From Lingula anatina (taxonomy: Eukaryota > Animalia > Brachiopoda), in NCBI GenBank assembly GCA_051362555.1, contig CM120641.1:17608001-17672000 (forward strand): 64,000 nt of DNA, in the 5' to 3' direction. The translations under genes were made by a program, and so were the position numbers. Shown in pieces: positions 47,701-61,519 of this stretch (its first letter is position 1; each line of letters opens with the position of its first letter). The notes beneath the pieces are model-generated. The model saw nothing but the letters and a program-made list of their open reading frames with translations, ran no database searches and was not told where the DNA came from.

Positions 47701-48102
47701 CTGTTAAGTTGATTACATCTAAGATCTAACAAACGGTATATTAGATCTTAGATAACATTGACTGCACTTTAACGAGAATCCCCAATGACTTGGTTAATTC
47801 ATCCTTCTAGAAGGATAACTTCTATTCTGAACATTATAGCCTAACAGTCTATGGGCAAAATTGATGTCAAGAGGAACTCTAAGAACTTGAATATAATGTA
47901 GAGAAGAAAATCACCAAAACAATTGATTTTGCTAGGAGCCAAATGTTTAAATAAACAATATCATGTGATTAATAAGATGAATACATGTCTGAATTAAAAA
48001 AGGGCATCTTTCCACAGTTAATTGTCATATTTCAGATTTCACTGAAATTTTGTGTCTTTTTTGAATGTCTAGGACTTGGACAAATAGGTCATCAATCGAA
48101 AC

Positions 48103-51100
48103 ATGTGGATTGCCTCTCTCCCTGAGATCCGTGGTGAATTAATTCAACGCGTCCAAGAGATTCTAGGACATGGTGACAAAAATGAAGCCACTCTGGTGGT
48201 GTTAGGAATTTCTACAACAGCTGTGGTGGCACTGACAGCATATTACCTCATAACCAGACCAAAATCACTGGTACCTGCTTGGGCAGACCTCAGTGTTCAG
48301 TCAGTAGCTTTAGAGGTAAAGTCTTTATAACCAATTATGTTTTCCTTAGAAAATAAGACACCCGTGTACTTATAACTTTTTTCTATGAATTCCTTTAATT
48401 TTTGAAAATCAATATTAACCCTTGGTTGCCATATAAACTTATTAGATTGAAATTGTATAGACATTATAGATGGAGTGTTATCTTAATCAGTGTAAATGTG
48501 AGTCCAGACAGGGAGAGCTCGTTCCCCCAAACTAACCAAAATTTACTTACAACACATGTAACTAGGGAGGAAAAAAACAAAAATGGTCTGCATCTTCATT
48601 TTTAACACCTGCAACTTGCTTTGCTGATCACCATGTAAAATAAGGGGGCCAAATGCTTTGTAATGTCATAATATAATGTTAATGTTAGTAATGTTAAATA
48701 TTATGGTCAAATTTGATTGGTGCATTCAGGAAAGGGAAAAGGCATATAGCCTAGATGAGTTAATGTAATTATTAACTCCCAGGCTAACCCACTTACTGTA
48801 GTTGATGTTATCATATTTAAGTAATTGATAAAGTACAAGTGTTTATGAATGAGTGCTTTATCTTACCTAAACCACGAAAAAGCAGAAAACAAAAGGCAGT
48901 ACCATGCTCTGTTCCATGTAATTGTCACATTATTTGTTGTTTTGTTAGGCTACAGGGATAAAAAAATGGCTTGGCCAAATGTTCTCTACTTGAGCCGTGG
49001 TTCAAGTCAGATAAATTCCATCAATTTATTGTTCATTTCATGCTTTATTTTGTTTATCTAATACTTGGTTACTTATTGCAGTTTTAGTAAAATGAAGGAT
49101 TGTATTCAGCTGCATGTATTTCATTTTATCTAATTTATCACTGTGAATTGCACTCAGGTTGGCTCTATCAAGTCATTCATTGGCACTGTCAACTGCCCTT
49201 GTTGTCATCGTTGTTGTTGTGACCTATACTGCCTCAGGAATTTAAGTCAAATGATTTAACACGTGACCCATTTTATTTTTGGGGTGCGTATTCTTCATGG
49301 ACAAAATTAAATGAATGTATAACGTTTTGTCAAACAGGTTTATTTTCTGAGTTATGGAAAAGTTTGGCTCTGTTGAAACCAAAGAGGTATGTTTTTAGGA
49401 TTAACTGATTTGTAGTGATTACTGTAGGGTTATTGTTTATTTTTTTTAGAAATGATAGTATGTTTAAGGCATTTGAGAACTCTTTTGTATGAATTAAGTG
49501 TTGCAATCTTTTTTTATCTGTTTAGTCATGAAAAAGAGCTGTTAATGGTGAGGCTTTTGGTGTAATTTTTGTAAATTAATAAAATTACTATTTAAGCAGT
49601 ATTTGTAATAAAGATAATTTTGATGGGGTCTTTGGTTGAAAACTAAATATTTATCTACTAAAAGGAATATCAGTTAATTCATAATTTACTGTGGTAACTG
49701 TTGTTAGGATAACGAATTCCACTTAGTCAAGTGATTTGCATCCTTATTTTTCCACAAAGGTCAATCTTGGACAAATAATCCTCCAAAGCTCAGCTAAGAT
49801 TATTAAATGGATTAATTCATGAAATATCTGCAAACTGCATGCAATTGTTAATTTCCTTTTCCATATAGGATGGTGTCAGGGGCTCCCCACTAGCAGAAAA
49901 TGGGAAGTATATATATTATTTCTTTGAAGATGCAAAAACTCTTCACGAAGGATTTAAAAGAGGGATGAGAGTATCAGGTAAGTAAACAAAGTCACAGTAA
50001 ACATTTGCACACGTACAACTAGATCAAATGTAATATGTGTCATATACATTGATATATGGTCCCATACCTGTCAGTCAAGGTGCTTCTGGTATTTTATACC
50101 TTAGGGGAGGGGAAGATTTAAAGAGATACTGGCTTTGGAACTGCATGTGTTGGTATGCTTAAATGTGTATTTGTTTATGGATTTCATTGTATGGATGAGT
50201 GAATGGATACCTGTGCATATGACTGGATGGGCATCAGTAGCCAGGGGGGTTCGGGGGGTTCTAAAGAACCCCCCTTTTGCTGGGAAAAGGTCCCTTCTGG
50301 TTAAAATTTTATCTAGGTAAATGAAAGTTTCATGGCAAAAGGTCCACTTTTTCAGAAAAAGAACCCCCCTTTTGAAATTGCTGGTTACGGGCCTGGGCAT
50401 CCACATGTTTATGATTGTTAGTTTGTTAAAGGCATGGTATATCTGTGTATATCTCTAGTCTGTTTGTATTCCAGAGGATGGACCTTGTCTTGGCACCAGG
50501 ACTGGCCCTAACAAGACTTATGAGTGGATGAGTTATGGTGAAGTATACGAGAGAGCAAAGAACTTTGGATGTGGACTGATCACCAAGGGGATGAAACCAT
50601 GCACAGATAGCTTTCTAGGAATATTCTCACATAATATGCCTGAAGTGAGTTTCAGATCTCATAAAGAATAATTGAATAATCTACCGAACGGGTAGATAAG
50701 CAGATTTACAGTTTGTGGGTCCTACTGCAGTACTAGTGGCTGCTAATTTTATGTTGGGATTCTTTATTTGTGGCTCAAGTTGTTAATTTGGACATTTGTG
50801 CTCACATATTATATATATCTAGTCTTGAGTTTGCAAATGCCTAATCCATTTATGAGTTTGATCAAAACAAAACACTTCTGTGTTGGTACATATATCACTT
50901 ACTAGAAATTTTATCCAATCAGTGTATTCCGGTGTACACAATCACTGATAACAATAAACACTTCAAAACAAGTAGGACCCATTGCAGATAATGCACCATT
51001 TGAAGTTATTACAATGATGTTAGAGATATGTGGATGTATTGTCTGATAAGAGAAAATTATCATCCTCTATCTCTATGTATTTCTTCATATTAAATACCAA

Positions 51101-54100
51101 TGTTAACATATTAAATTTAAGATAAGATACCATGTGGTCTTGTTTTATTTTGCTTCTGGATTTTTCTTGTTAATCTCCTTGCCAATATATCATTATACTA
51201 CCAGCTAATGTAGCTGGATTGGGTACCACATAACCACTCTGATGCATGCACCATCATTTGTATTCGTATATTATATTATATTACATTATATTATATTGGT
51301 TAGTCAGATTTGGGGTCTTCAGTAAAAAAAACTTTCAGCCTTTAAATCATTCTTTTCTGTCATTCTAAAAGTTTACACAAAAATAAATGAAAATAAATTA
51401 ACTTGTCAGGAAATATCTGTTGGCAGTAAGTGCTCATGTAGAAAGAGGCCTCAACCTCTGATAGTCTCAGAGAAAGTAATCATATATTAATAGAATTTAT
51501 ACGATGAGTATTTCCATTAGTTTGGTGTTGTAAGCAATGTTTTTTTTTATTTTGGATTACAGTGGGTGATAGCAGAGCAGGCATGTAACATGTTCTCAAT
51601 GGTGGTTGTCCCACTGTATGATACACTTGGACCAGAAGCATGCACATTTATAATCAATCAAAGTAAGGCTCTGTCAAATATTTTATACCAACATTTTTGT
51701 ATCCTAAATACAATGTACAGATATAAATTCCCAGCTATGCAAAACCCCTGTCCATTTTAGTGTAAGCATGCATCTGCTAGTCCCTTTCTAATACCTTCTT
51801 GTTATTATCCATAATCAGTGTAGGGTTGATGTTACTTCTGTGACATACATATATGTACTCTGTCACAAATATTAAGTGTTGAAAATCCATAATCAAATTT
51901 TGTTTAACCAGTTTGTTGGCCCTCCAAAACTTCTTGTTTTTGGCAAGGAATGATTGCCTTTTTGATGCTGTTTACTAAATTTGAAACAGGGATAAAGTTT
52001 TGAACAATGTTAAGTTACGGTTTGAGAAACAGGCCACCATTACAAGTTGGCAATATCTGTTAGTGGCCAGAGTGTGTACCTGTATTTTGGTTTGTTTGTT
52101 CTAGCTCAGATGCCCACAGTTGTGTGTGACAACTCTGAGAGAACCAAAGCACTTCTGGATCAGATTGGAAACACGCCTTCTCTGAAGTGTATTGTCTGTG
52201 TCAACTTCAGTGACATTTCACAGGAAATTAAGGACAGTGCTGCTAAAAGCAATATAGAATTGGTTTCATTTACAAGTGTGGAGGTATTGTATTTCATTTT
52301 CTCCTTCAGATAATTAAAAGGTTAGTTTTGTGTGAGATGCATACATTAAAAATTCCATTGGTAAAATGAAAAAAAATCCTAGTGTGCAGGTAAAGTATCT
52401 TACTTTTTTCCTCAAATGATTTGAAGATTACTTTTGCCTAGGACTTTCTATTTTCGCAAACTTTAATGGGATAAAAAACTGAGCATACTAAAGATAAAAA
52501 TTAAGATATAAGGACTGACAGAAAAAAGAAATACAAATGCTGTGAGGGTTTCAGTGTATAATAACTCCTGTTTTTAAATCAAATAACTCCTGTTTTTAAA
52601 TCAAATTCTTAATCTATTTTTAAACTTGACCCTTCCTTTATTTTACAGACCCTAGGTTCTAACAATAAACAAGAAGAAGTGGTAAGATGTATTTTATTTG
52701 TATATTTCATTTGTAAGTTAAGTTTTCTGGCTTTCTGCCTTTTGTTTTATGCTTTTAAAACTTATGCATTTATGTAAATTACATTATCTTTTAATTGGAA
52801 AAGACCAAGGGTGAGCCTTTAATGTAAAACTGTTTGTAAAATGAAATGTCTTAAAATGTTTTGTAGTGAAAAATTCAGTTACTGCAAAGATTTAAGAGAA
52901 ATTCAATGTTTTCATTTTAGCCCCCCAGGCCAGCAGACCTTGCCACAATCTGTTATACCAGTGGAACCACAGGTAAATATTGAACTCACAGATCAGGGGG
53001 AACTGTGAGTGAAATGAATACTTATGTTTCTTTGTTAGAATCTTAATTGCTTTTGCAAATTATATTGTGGGTATTCTTTGTGTCTGTGAATTGGTGATGC
53101 AGGTGTATCTGTAGATTTTGTATTACTGGCAATATAAATTTTCATGTTATGACATCCATAGCAGTCAGTGTTACAAATTCAGTTATACTTTTTCCAGGCA
53201 ACCCAAAGGGGGTCATGCTTAGTCATGAGAACTTGATGTCCAATGTTGCAGCTGTGCTGAAAACGGTAAGTTATCTTACATTACATCATCTCCAATGTCC
53301 TCACAAATAACATATTTTCCGTTGTTATGGAACTGTATATAGAATGTGAAATGGTTAAAATTATTTGAGAGACAACTTGATTCCTAGCTCTCTAATTTGT
53401 AGTTACAATGTTTTGATATTCCCTTTGCTCACCTAACACACTGCCACACTTTCAAGTTTTGAGAACTACCTATATACTGTGAATTGAATAAATGTGTATT
53501 GTCCATTCCAGGTTGACATAAATGGTGGCCCCAGTGATATTCACATATCTTACCTTCCACTAGCACACATGTTTGAGAGGGGTGTGCAGGTTTGTGGATA
53601 TTATTTTAAAGAAAAATTTATATATCCAGAACAATTTATTACTTTGCAATTATAGATTTATTCACAACATTTAAGCTTTCAACAGGGTTCAGATATGATT
53701 GTGTTAAATAGAGATCATAATGTAGTGTCATAATGGTGCATGGCTCTACAAAAGCACCTTTGAGAGCTTTCTTTGTATGTATAATATTGGTAGTATCTTA
53801 TTGTTTATTTTTCTTGTTTGAAGATGAGGGAATTCTGCATCATAGATTAAGTAATTCTTAAATAAATCAAAATTTGTGTTGATTTCCACCCCAGGCACTG
53901 GCCTTCCAACTGGGTGCAAGGGTTGGTTTCTTCCAAGGAGACGTGAAGCAACTCATGGATGACATGCAGGAACTAAAACCCACATTCTTTCCTGTAGTAC
54001 CAAGGTTACTCAATAGATTGTATGACAGGGTTAGTAGAAATCTGGGCACAGTTGTCCATTTAATTAAAGCATAGGGCCTGGATAATTAAGTGAAATGAAA

Positions 54101-55694
54101 AACCAACTTAAGGCAGTGCTGGATATTATGCCATTGAATGTGGTTTCACCAAGAACAAAACAGCTGTGCTCTCTATCTTGGTATAATTGTGTACTAGGTT
54201 TTAAGAATGCTCTTCTGTAGAAGTGAAGGTGAATATCATGTTTCAACATTTATTGTGAGGCCTCATCACATCATAACCTAGACAATGAATAGATACATTG
54301 ACATCATATCAAACAATCATATTGTTAAAAACTGGACTTAAAATGCCTAAAGCAAGATATTCAGTATACTTAAAATGATTTTCTATTCCCAACCTAAGTT
54401 GTTTCTGATATGACATGCATAATATTATAAAGTCAGTTTGATTGTTTTTTAGTGTGAAATACCACATTAAGACGGAGGACTTTTTTTTTAGGTGATGGCA
54501 GGAGCCAGCACTAGTAGAATCAAGCGGACACTTTTGAACTTAGCAATAAGAAGCAAAACTGCAGAACTGAAAAGGTAAGCAGAGTGTTTGGTCCAAACTG
54601 CAAAGAAATAAAAACATTAGTTTTGGTAGCAATGTGATACTGAAACCAACTGACTGTCAATGGATATTTATTTAGTACTTAGATATACTGACTTGTATCA
54701 TGTTTGACTTATACCGAGTCAGTATATACTTCTCCTTATACTTCTCCATATTTTGTCATTTTAGGGGAATTATTAGGAAGAACAGCTGGTGGGATATACT
54801 TGTGTTCAGAAAGATTCAGAATCTGATGGGAGGACAAGTCAGGGTAGTCATCACTGGCTCAGCACCTCTGGCAGACAATGTGCTGGCCTTTTCTAGATGT
54901 GCATTTGGATGCCCAGTAAGTGTGGTGTTTTGAATGCAGATGTACAGAAGAAATATGAAAACAATATTATTATTATCTATGTATTTATTTTTTTGCATTA
55001 AAATGATTCTAATTACATTGTAGCCCCTCTATAGATGAGTATTATATTGTACTGAACTTGTCCATGAACATGATATTATTTTTTAAAAATGAGCAAATTA
55101 ACTAACTGCTCTCTAAAGGACATACCTGTAATTTGTGGATGAAAAAGATTGAGAGTATCCGTTGTAATGTTTTTTTATCATGTACTAGGATGAAGAAACA
55201 TTATAATCCTTAAGGTCAATGATGTTATTTTATTCTAGGTAATGGAAGGCTATGGTCAGACAGTCTGATGATTCATAGTATGCATTTCTTTGTTGTCATT
55301 TTTTTGGGGCAGAGAAACATTAGAACACAAAAGGTTTAACAATGTAATTTCATTCTAGGTAATTGAAGGCTATGGCCAGACAGAGTCTTCTGCTGGGATG
55401 TCCTGCACACTACCTGGAGATTTTGTAGGAGGTATGATAATTTAAGACTGATGGGCATAATAAAATATCTTTGGTGTTAATTTATACAATTTAGGTGTAT
55501 TGATTTTAAAACTTCCTATAAGTATCATTTAATTGAAATAGGAAATATGAAACAGGGTTCATCTCTATATGAAATCTGCTCTATGTTTTTATATTATTTA
55601 GTTTTAGGATTACAAGTATTAAGTGCTTGCAACTTAAAGATTACAAAAGCACTGCTCTGAATCACAAAAACTGAACCTGGTGCATCATTTCACG

Positions 55695-55742
<48 letters not shown>

Positions 55743-57649
55743 GTTGTTGTTTTATCATTTTAATCCAGCATATTAAAAATTTAGAATTCACTATTAGTTT
55801 TTCACTCTTATTGCCCTTGTCTCCAGGCCAGGTGGGTCCTCCTATACCATGTAACCATATCAAGCTTGTAGATGTTCCAGAAATGGAGTATTATGCCAGA
55901 GATGGAAAGGGAGAGGCAAGTAGCTTAAACAGTCAATTTAAACATGATAGTTATATATTGTAAGGTATCATTCATTCTAATTTTTGAAAAAGAAATTTAT
56001 AAGAAATTGACTATGTAGATCATGACTGTGATGTGAAATCATGACAGTGGGTATAATAATGTGGGATTTGTGTGTTTGGGTTTTTTCTTACTGAAAGGAA
56101 AAACATATTTGTTGCATTTTTAATGACTATTATAAAATTAATCTTTTAAGATTTTATCACCCATATTTCTATATGTCACAGGTGTGCTGCCGGGGTGCAA
56201 ATGTGATGATGGGATATTTCAAAGACCCAGAGAAAACCAAAGAAGCTATAGATGAAGATGGCTGGCTACATACAGGGGACATTGGGGAATGGACACAGGT
56301 CAGAGATGTAAAAAGTCTATTGCCTGGTATACCTATCAGGAAAAACAAGAAAAAGTATCATCCCAACCTTTATCCTGTGTCTAGAGTGGACCTTCACCGT
56401 TAGTCCTATATCATTTTGCAGGGATAAATATGTCTTTTATTGGTGGTTTATTGACAAATCTTACTTTGTATACAGTTCAGAAACTGGTGAAATATTCATC
56501 TTGTGCTGAGTCCATTTGTCAGGTTGCTATATGCTGGTGCTGAGAAGTTGTCCAGGTAAAATTACAAATTGCCAAAAAACTTGTCTCTCTTGATTTTAGA
56601 ATTGGTCATTAAAGATCATAGACAGAAAAAAGCACATCTTTAAGCTGGCTCAGGGAGAATACATTGCACCAGAGAAGATTGAGAATATTTATGTCCGCAG
56701 CCCTCTGGTGGCTCAAATGTTTGTTGATGGAAACAGTCTTCAGGTCTGTTATACCTTGGACATAATAATGAATTGTAATTTTGTCCATGTTATACTTGTT
56801 AATTCATAGAAACATTTTAAAGCACTGACAGAACCTTTCAGATTTAATCATTTTAATATTTGAATTAATGCAGGTTGTCTATACATAAGTCAGCTTCAGC
56901 TGGCTTGTTAAACATTTATTTGAACAAAATTTCATGTATACTGACTACTGGCTCTCTCAGAATCCACAACAGTGAATATTTAAGACTGTAATGATTGGTC
57001 TTGTGATTTACATTTCAGTCTTGTTTGGTTGGGATAGCTGTCCCAGATGTGGAAGTATTAGAAACTTGGACCAAGGAGCAGGGTATCCCAGGGAGCACAA
57101 TGACTGAATGGTGCAGTAATAAGGTGAATAAAAAGTTCTAACTCTCATGCTCAAATAAAGGGTAAATATACCAGTATTTGAAGGAATCTTTTAAAATTTT
57201 CACAATTAGGTTTGCAATTATGAGAAAATATTTGAATACAACCTTGATTTTTCTACAGACCTTGAAAGAAGCCATTTTGAAAGACATTCAGCAATGTGGA
57301 AAAGACTCGGGACTGAAATCATTTGAACAGGTAAAAGTGACCAATTTATACCATTTTTAGCATTATTGGAGTGTTAACAAATTTTTTGTCTTGATTAATT
57401 TTTTTATGTTCAAAAATAATGTCTAACATGTTGAAATTGAAGATTGTATTTACAGAAACCTGTGAAACTAAATTGTATCAAAATTGTTTCATTTAACTTT
57501 TTCTGTCACAGGTCAAGGATATCTACTTGTTCCCTGAGCTGTTTTCACTAGAGAATGGAATGTTGACCCCAACCTTCAAAGCCAAGCGTGCATTCCTTCG
57601 CAAGCACTTTGCTCAACAGATAGCAGATATGTACAAAAACCTAAGTTAA
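48103..57649 (+). CDS. ACSL1: Long-chain-fatty-acid--CoA ligase (ACSL1/5/6 family), 702 aa, with an N-terminal transmembrane anchor
   Basis: 19 coding exons: 48103-48315, 49869-49977, 50475-50644, 51563-51662, 52105-52283, 52649-52681, 52921-52972, 53198-53265, 53512-53589, 53895-54029, 54492-54574, 54765-54915, 55359-55431, 55827-55915, 56182-56298, 56600-56743, 57019-57123, 57259-57330, 57512-57649 (2109 nt). Motifs: AMP-binding [13 protein letters not shown], gate [50 protein letters not shown] and LTPTFK. Pro-orthologue of vertebrate ACSL1/5/6; the exact symbol is approximate. Confidence 0.95.
55239..55268 (+). other. Truncated tandem duplicate of the ACSL exon-13 start, with its own acceptor
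   Basis: ATTCTAG|GTAATGGAAGGCTATGGTCAGACAG versus ATTCTAG|GTAATTGAAGGCTATGGCCAGACAG exactly 120 bp downstream. The upstream copy reads VMEGYGQTV-stop. Confidence 0.8.
55695..55742. repeat. (ATT)n microsatellite
   Basis: Direct reading of the sequence, ~15 units. Confidence 0.95.
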
Positions 57650-58455
57650 ATCTAGTCATTTAAGATTGTTTTTTGCACAATGGATAAATTCATTAATCAA
57701 TTTAATCAAGCACATTGATAAAGTTGATGTATTTAACTGAAAATACATTTGACTTTGTGTTTTCCATATGCAAACAAGTTATTTTTATAAACATACAGAA
57801 ACGTCAAGGGGAACTAGTAAACTGACCAAGTAGCTTTTCTGCACTGGTAAAGATGTCTCAAATATTTATACACTCATATGGTTAAAAATCAGTTGATTTG
57901 GTTTTTAAAGAAAATTACATATTCTCTAATCACTTTAGTTTTACTTAAACCATGTTGTGTTCTTAAAAGTCACTCTTCTTAAGACAAAAATTGTAATATA
58001 CCTCAGATAGGCAAAAATGATATTATAATGGGTTAAATCTGCACTGGGGGTATAAGTATTTGATATTAGGAGGGTGTATGCAATCATCATAGCAACAGGT
58101 ATATACTCAAACAAAAGAGTTTTCTGCCATCTATTGAAAAATAATCTTGACTGTACTATCCACATGAGGCATTGTTAGGTTATAAAACTATAACTCAATA
58201 AAAGGGGTAAATAATCTGGTCTGATGTGTCATCTATGTAGGCCTATACACAACACTGCATTTTCTGTGCCTTTGAAGCATGTTTTGTCTGAAACATTCAC
58301 TCAATATTTGTGTTAATTGTGTAGGACACAAATTTTATCATTTGTGTGTCCAGAAATAGGATCTGGCAAATTGGGTCTATCAGTGAAACGGGTTTTGGTA
58401 ATGTAGGGAAGGTGAATGAATTTTATTTTTGATATTTTTCACAATTTTACTGTTA

Positions 58456-58885
58456 TTAAGGACATTCCATGAGTGTTAGACCTTTAAATAGCAAAGAGAA
58501 TTATTTCCAGGAAATTTGTATTTTTCCCCTCCTCAACAAGGTGTACCATATCCAGACCATTGACAAAATAATGATCTATAAACCAAACTATGAATTCTAA
58601 GTTTCTGATTTCGAGTGACTCTCATAACTGGTGAATTTCACTCATAACAGTAAAAATAGAAATGTAGAATTCAAAAGCAGTTTCATAGATCATAATTTTG
58701 TCAGTGGTTTGGATATGGTGTACATTGTTGAAGAGGGGAAAATATTGAAATTTCCAGGAAAATTAATTCCTTGGTCTTGGAGAGGATAAATCTTGGAAGT
58801 TGGGTAGTAAGCTGATGTGGTGGAGTTTTCCTGAAAAATAACTTTTTTTGCTATCGAAGGGTCTAATGTGCATTGTATGTCTTCA
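58456..58885. mobile_element. Long imperfect foldback element (MITE) downstream of ACSL
   Basis: Inner arms TTTTCCCCTCCTCAACAAGGTGTACCATATCCAGACCATTGACAAAAT / ATTTTGTCAGTGGTTTGGATATGGTGTACATTGTTGAAGAGGGGAAAA. Outer arms TTAGACCTTTAAATAGCAAA / TTTGCTATCGAAGGGTCTAA. Ends TTAAGGACAT / ATGTCTTCAA. Confidence 0.6.
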
Positions 58886-59241
58886 ATTGTAGCCTAGTTT
58901 TCCAGTGATGCAAAGAATTAATTATAAAAATAAAATGTCTAAATCATGGTTCACTTTTCCAGAATACAGTTGTCAATGCAGTTTAAGTCCTGGTGTAAAC
59001 TTGGTGGTTGGGATTGCAGTGTATAACTTGAAAGTTAAATTTGATCATGGCTTTGGATGTTTTACCACTTTTGACTGTTGAATAAAGAATGTTTATTTAA
59101 GATGAAAATATTGTTCAACACTTATTTATCCAATGCACTTACTGTACATAGCAGGCATGATTTGAGTGCTGACAATAGAAATATTGACATCTTTTTGTTA
59201 TTTACTTTTTATGATGAAATTGTGCCACATCTATGTTCAAG

Positions 59242-61246
59242 AACAAGGCAGCAAAGCTGCCAAATGTACAGACAAAAAGCTGAAAATAACAATGCACAAA
59301 ATAGGCTACTGTCAATTCTGATACAAAAGTACATTATGCTTAACTGCAAATTCAACATCAAAATTTAATTATGCTCAACAGGTAACACCAATGTAAATAA
59401 AATATGAAACAAGCATAAGGCTTCAGGCCCATGAGAGTTCACACTTTGAAAGTGCCAGAATGAGAAAAATGAAAATTTTACACAAAATTGCATAAATTCA
59501 ATTATAAATGATAACCCAATTGAGCTGGCTTTCTAATTTGAACTGCATGCCAATCCTAAAAATCAAACTTGTAAGTTAAAAATAATAATAATAAGTAACA
59601 CAGTTTCTCTTCATAATGTTTATTGTAGCAGTGCATTTTTGTCAATTTTGATGTAACATTACATAATAAATTACAGAATAATTATCACCAATTTTTGATT
59701 ATTGACTATAAATAGCATGGACATGTAGAAAATTTGGTTACCATTCGGCTTTATGTCCATGGGAGCTCTGAGTCCCACAATGAATGGCAACACGATAAAT
59801 ATTAATATTTCACTAAAATGTATTACTACAATAAAAAGAAGCAAATTAGACTGCTTTTCCAACTCGGCTGCAATTTAGTCCTGTGTTTCTTTTTTGAAAG
59901 TTTGACAATCATAAGTAACATGGTTTACCCATAATGGTCATCATGGCAGCAGCACCCAAAATTGTGTTTTCTTCTATTTCGATGCAATATTACATAATGC
60001 TTAACAGCATAAAGACCATCAGTTTTTTATAATAAAATACACGTATCATGGATTTTCAGAAAATGTGACTAGCATGGGTCTTCAAGCCCGTGGAGGTTCT
60101 AAGTCATACCTTGAAAATGCCAATATGTGAAAAATTAAATTTTCACAAAAAACTGTTTAACTGCCAGAAAAATTTACCAAATAGACTGCATTGCCCACTG
60201 AAGCTTTATTTAAGTCCCATGTTTCTTTCCCTAAGTTTGAGAACAGTAAGTGACATGGGAGCAGTGTCCAAAATAGGGGTTTCTTCAAATTTTGATGCAA
60301 CGTTACATAATGTTTAACAGCATAATGACCATCAATTTTTAAAAATAAAATATTAGTATCATGGATATTCAGAAAATGTGACTAGCAAAGGTCTTCAGGA
60401 CGATGGAACTTCAAAGTCACATCTTGAAAATGCCAAAAAGTAAACAAGATAGCACTGTTCTGAAATGTTTTTTTTCCATTTTTAACAATTTTTTAACATG
60501 AAACAAAATTAACAGTTTACTGCCATTTTTATATGATCAACTAAGAAAATTGATGAGATGGGGAAAATATCAATACAACAGTGTTAAATGTCCAATTTCC
60601 TCCATTCTGAGATTCTGAACATCGTGAATGATTGAATCTGACAAACTGCAATGATATGAGTTTATTTCCATATTTGAAACTCTATTACACAATAATCGAT
60701 AGCAAGTTTACCATCATTTTTACACAATCAACTAACAATGTTGTACAGATGCAGGAAATGTGAAACAAACACCTTTATGTATCTTATTAGTTAAATAATG
60801 AGACTGTTAACATGCCTAAGAATTGAATCTGAGGAAATGTGAAAAAACAGCATAACTTCTAAAATAATGGCCCGATAATGCTGATTTTCGAACTTGACCT
60901 GCGTTTTAGTGAGATTGATTACTCCTGTGAGTTTCATGACAACAGGCCTATCGGTTTTCCTTGAAATGTGTTAACAGTGTTGCATATATGTTAAAAAGTG
61001 AAAAAACAGCATAACTTCTACAATAATGGCCTAAACATGCTGATTTTCGAACTTGACCTGCGTTTTATGAATATTTATCAGCTCTGTAAATATAAAGCCA
61101 AATAGTAAAACTGTCTTCCACTTATCGTGTTAACGATGAAAGTGCACGGCGACGGCGACGGCGACATCGACGGCGACAGGGACGGCGACGGCGACGACAG
61201 ACGCAGGTGATGGCAATATGTACAGACACATCTGTGTCTGTACATA
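59242..61246 (-). mobile_element. HINE/DINE-1-like non-autonomous Helentron, copy B
   Basis: Same termini as 7289-9082 (AACAAGGCAGCAAAGCTG..ATGTACAGAC; hairpin at 61218-61245). Colinear internal sequence with 2 x 159-bp units (60841, 61000) and a longer (GACGGC)n tract at 61146-61204. Confidence 0.88.
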
Positions 61247-61519
61247 AAAAAAGATGACTCATTATACTTCTGCATTAATCTTAGAAAGCCGAATTCTAAG
61301 ACAATCAAAGATTCATATCCCAAGAATTGATGAAACACTAGATCTCTTCCATGCAGTTTTGTGGTTCGGTCAGTGTGCAAGATCTGAAATCTGCAAATTG
61401 GCAAGTAGAAATATAGGAATTTGACTAACCAAAAACAGCATCTACGGTTGGTCCATGAGTTTTTTTATGAATGTTTGCACATGCCGTATGGACATTGCAA
61501 TGCTCCTTCCCAGCGGGCA

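Noticed and set aside
52561-52604. 22-bp exact tandem duplication in an ACSL intron (similar short duplications at 27058/27114 and 37477/37543)
   Set aside because: Ordinary replication-slippage duplications with no evident effect on splice signals.
56600-56620. NWSLKII instead of the usual NGTLKII in ACSL
   Set aside because: A local substitution in an otherwise intact 702-aa frame; not evidence of pseudogenisation or new function.
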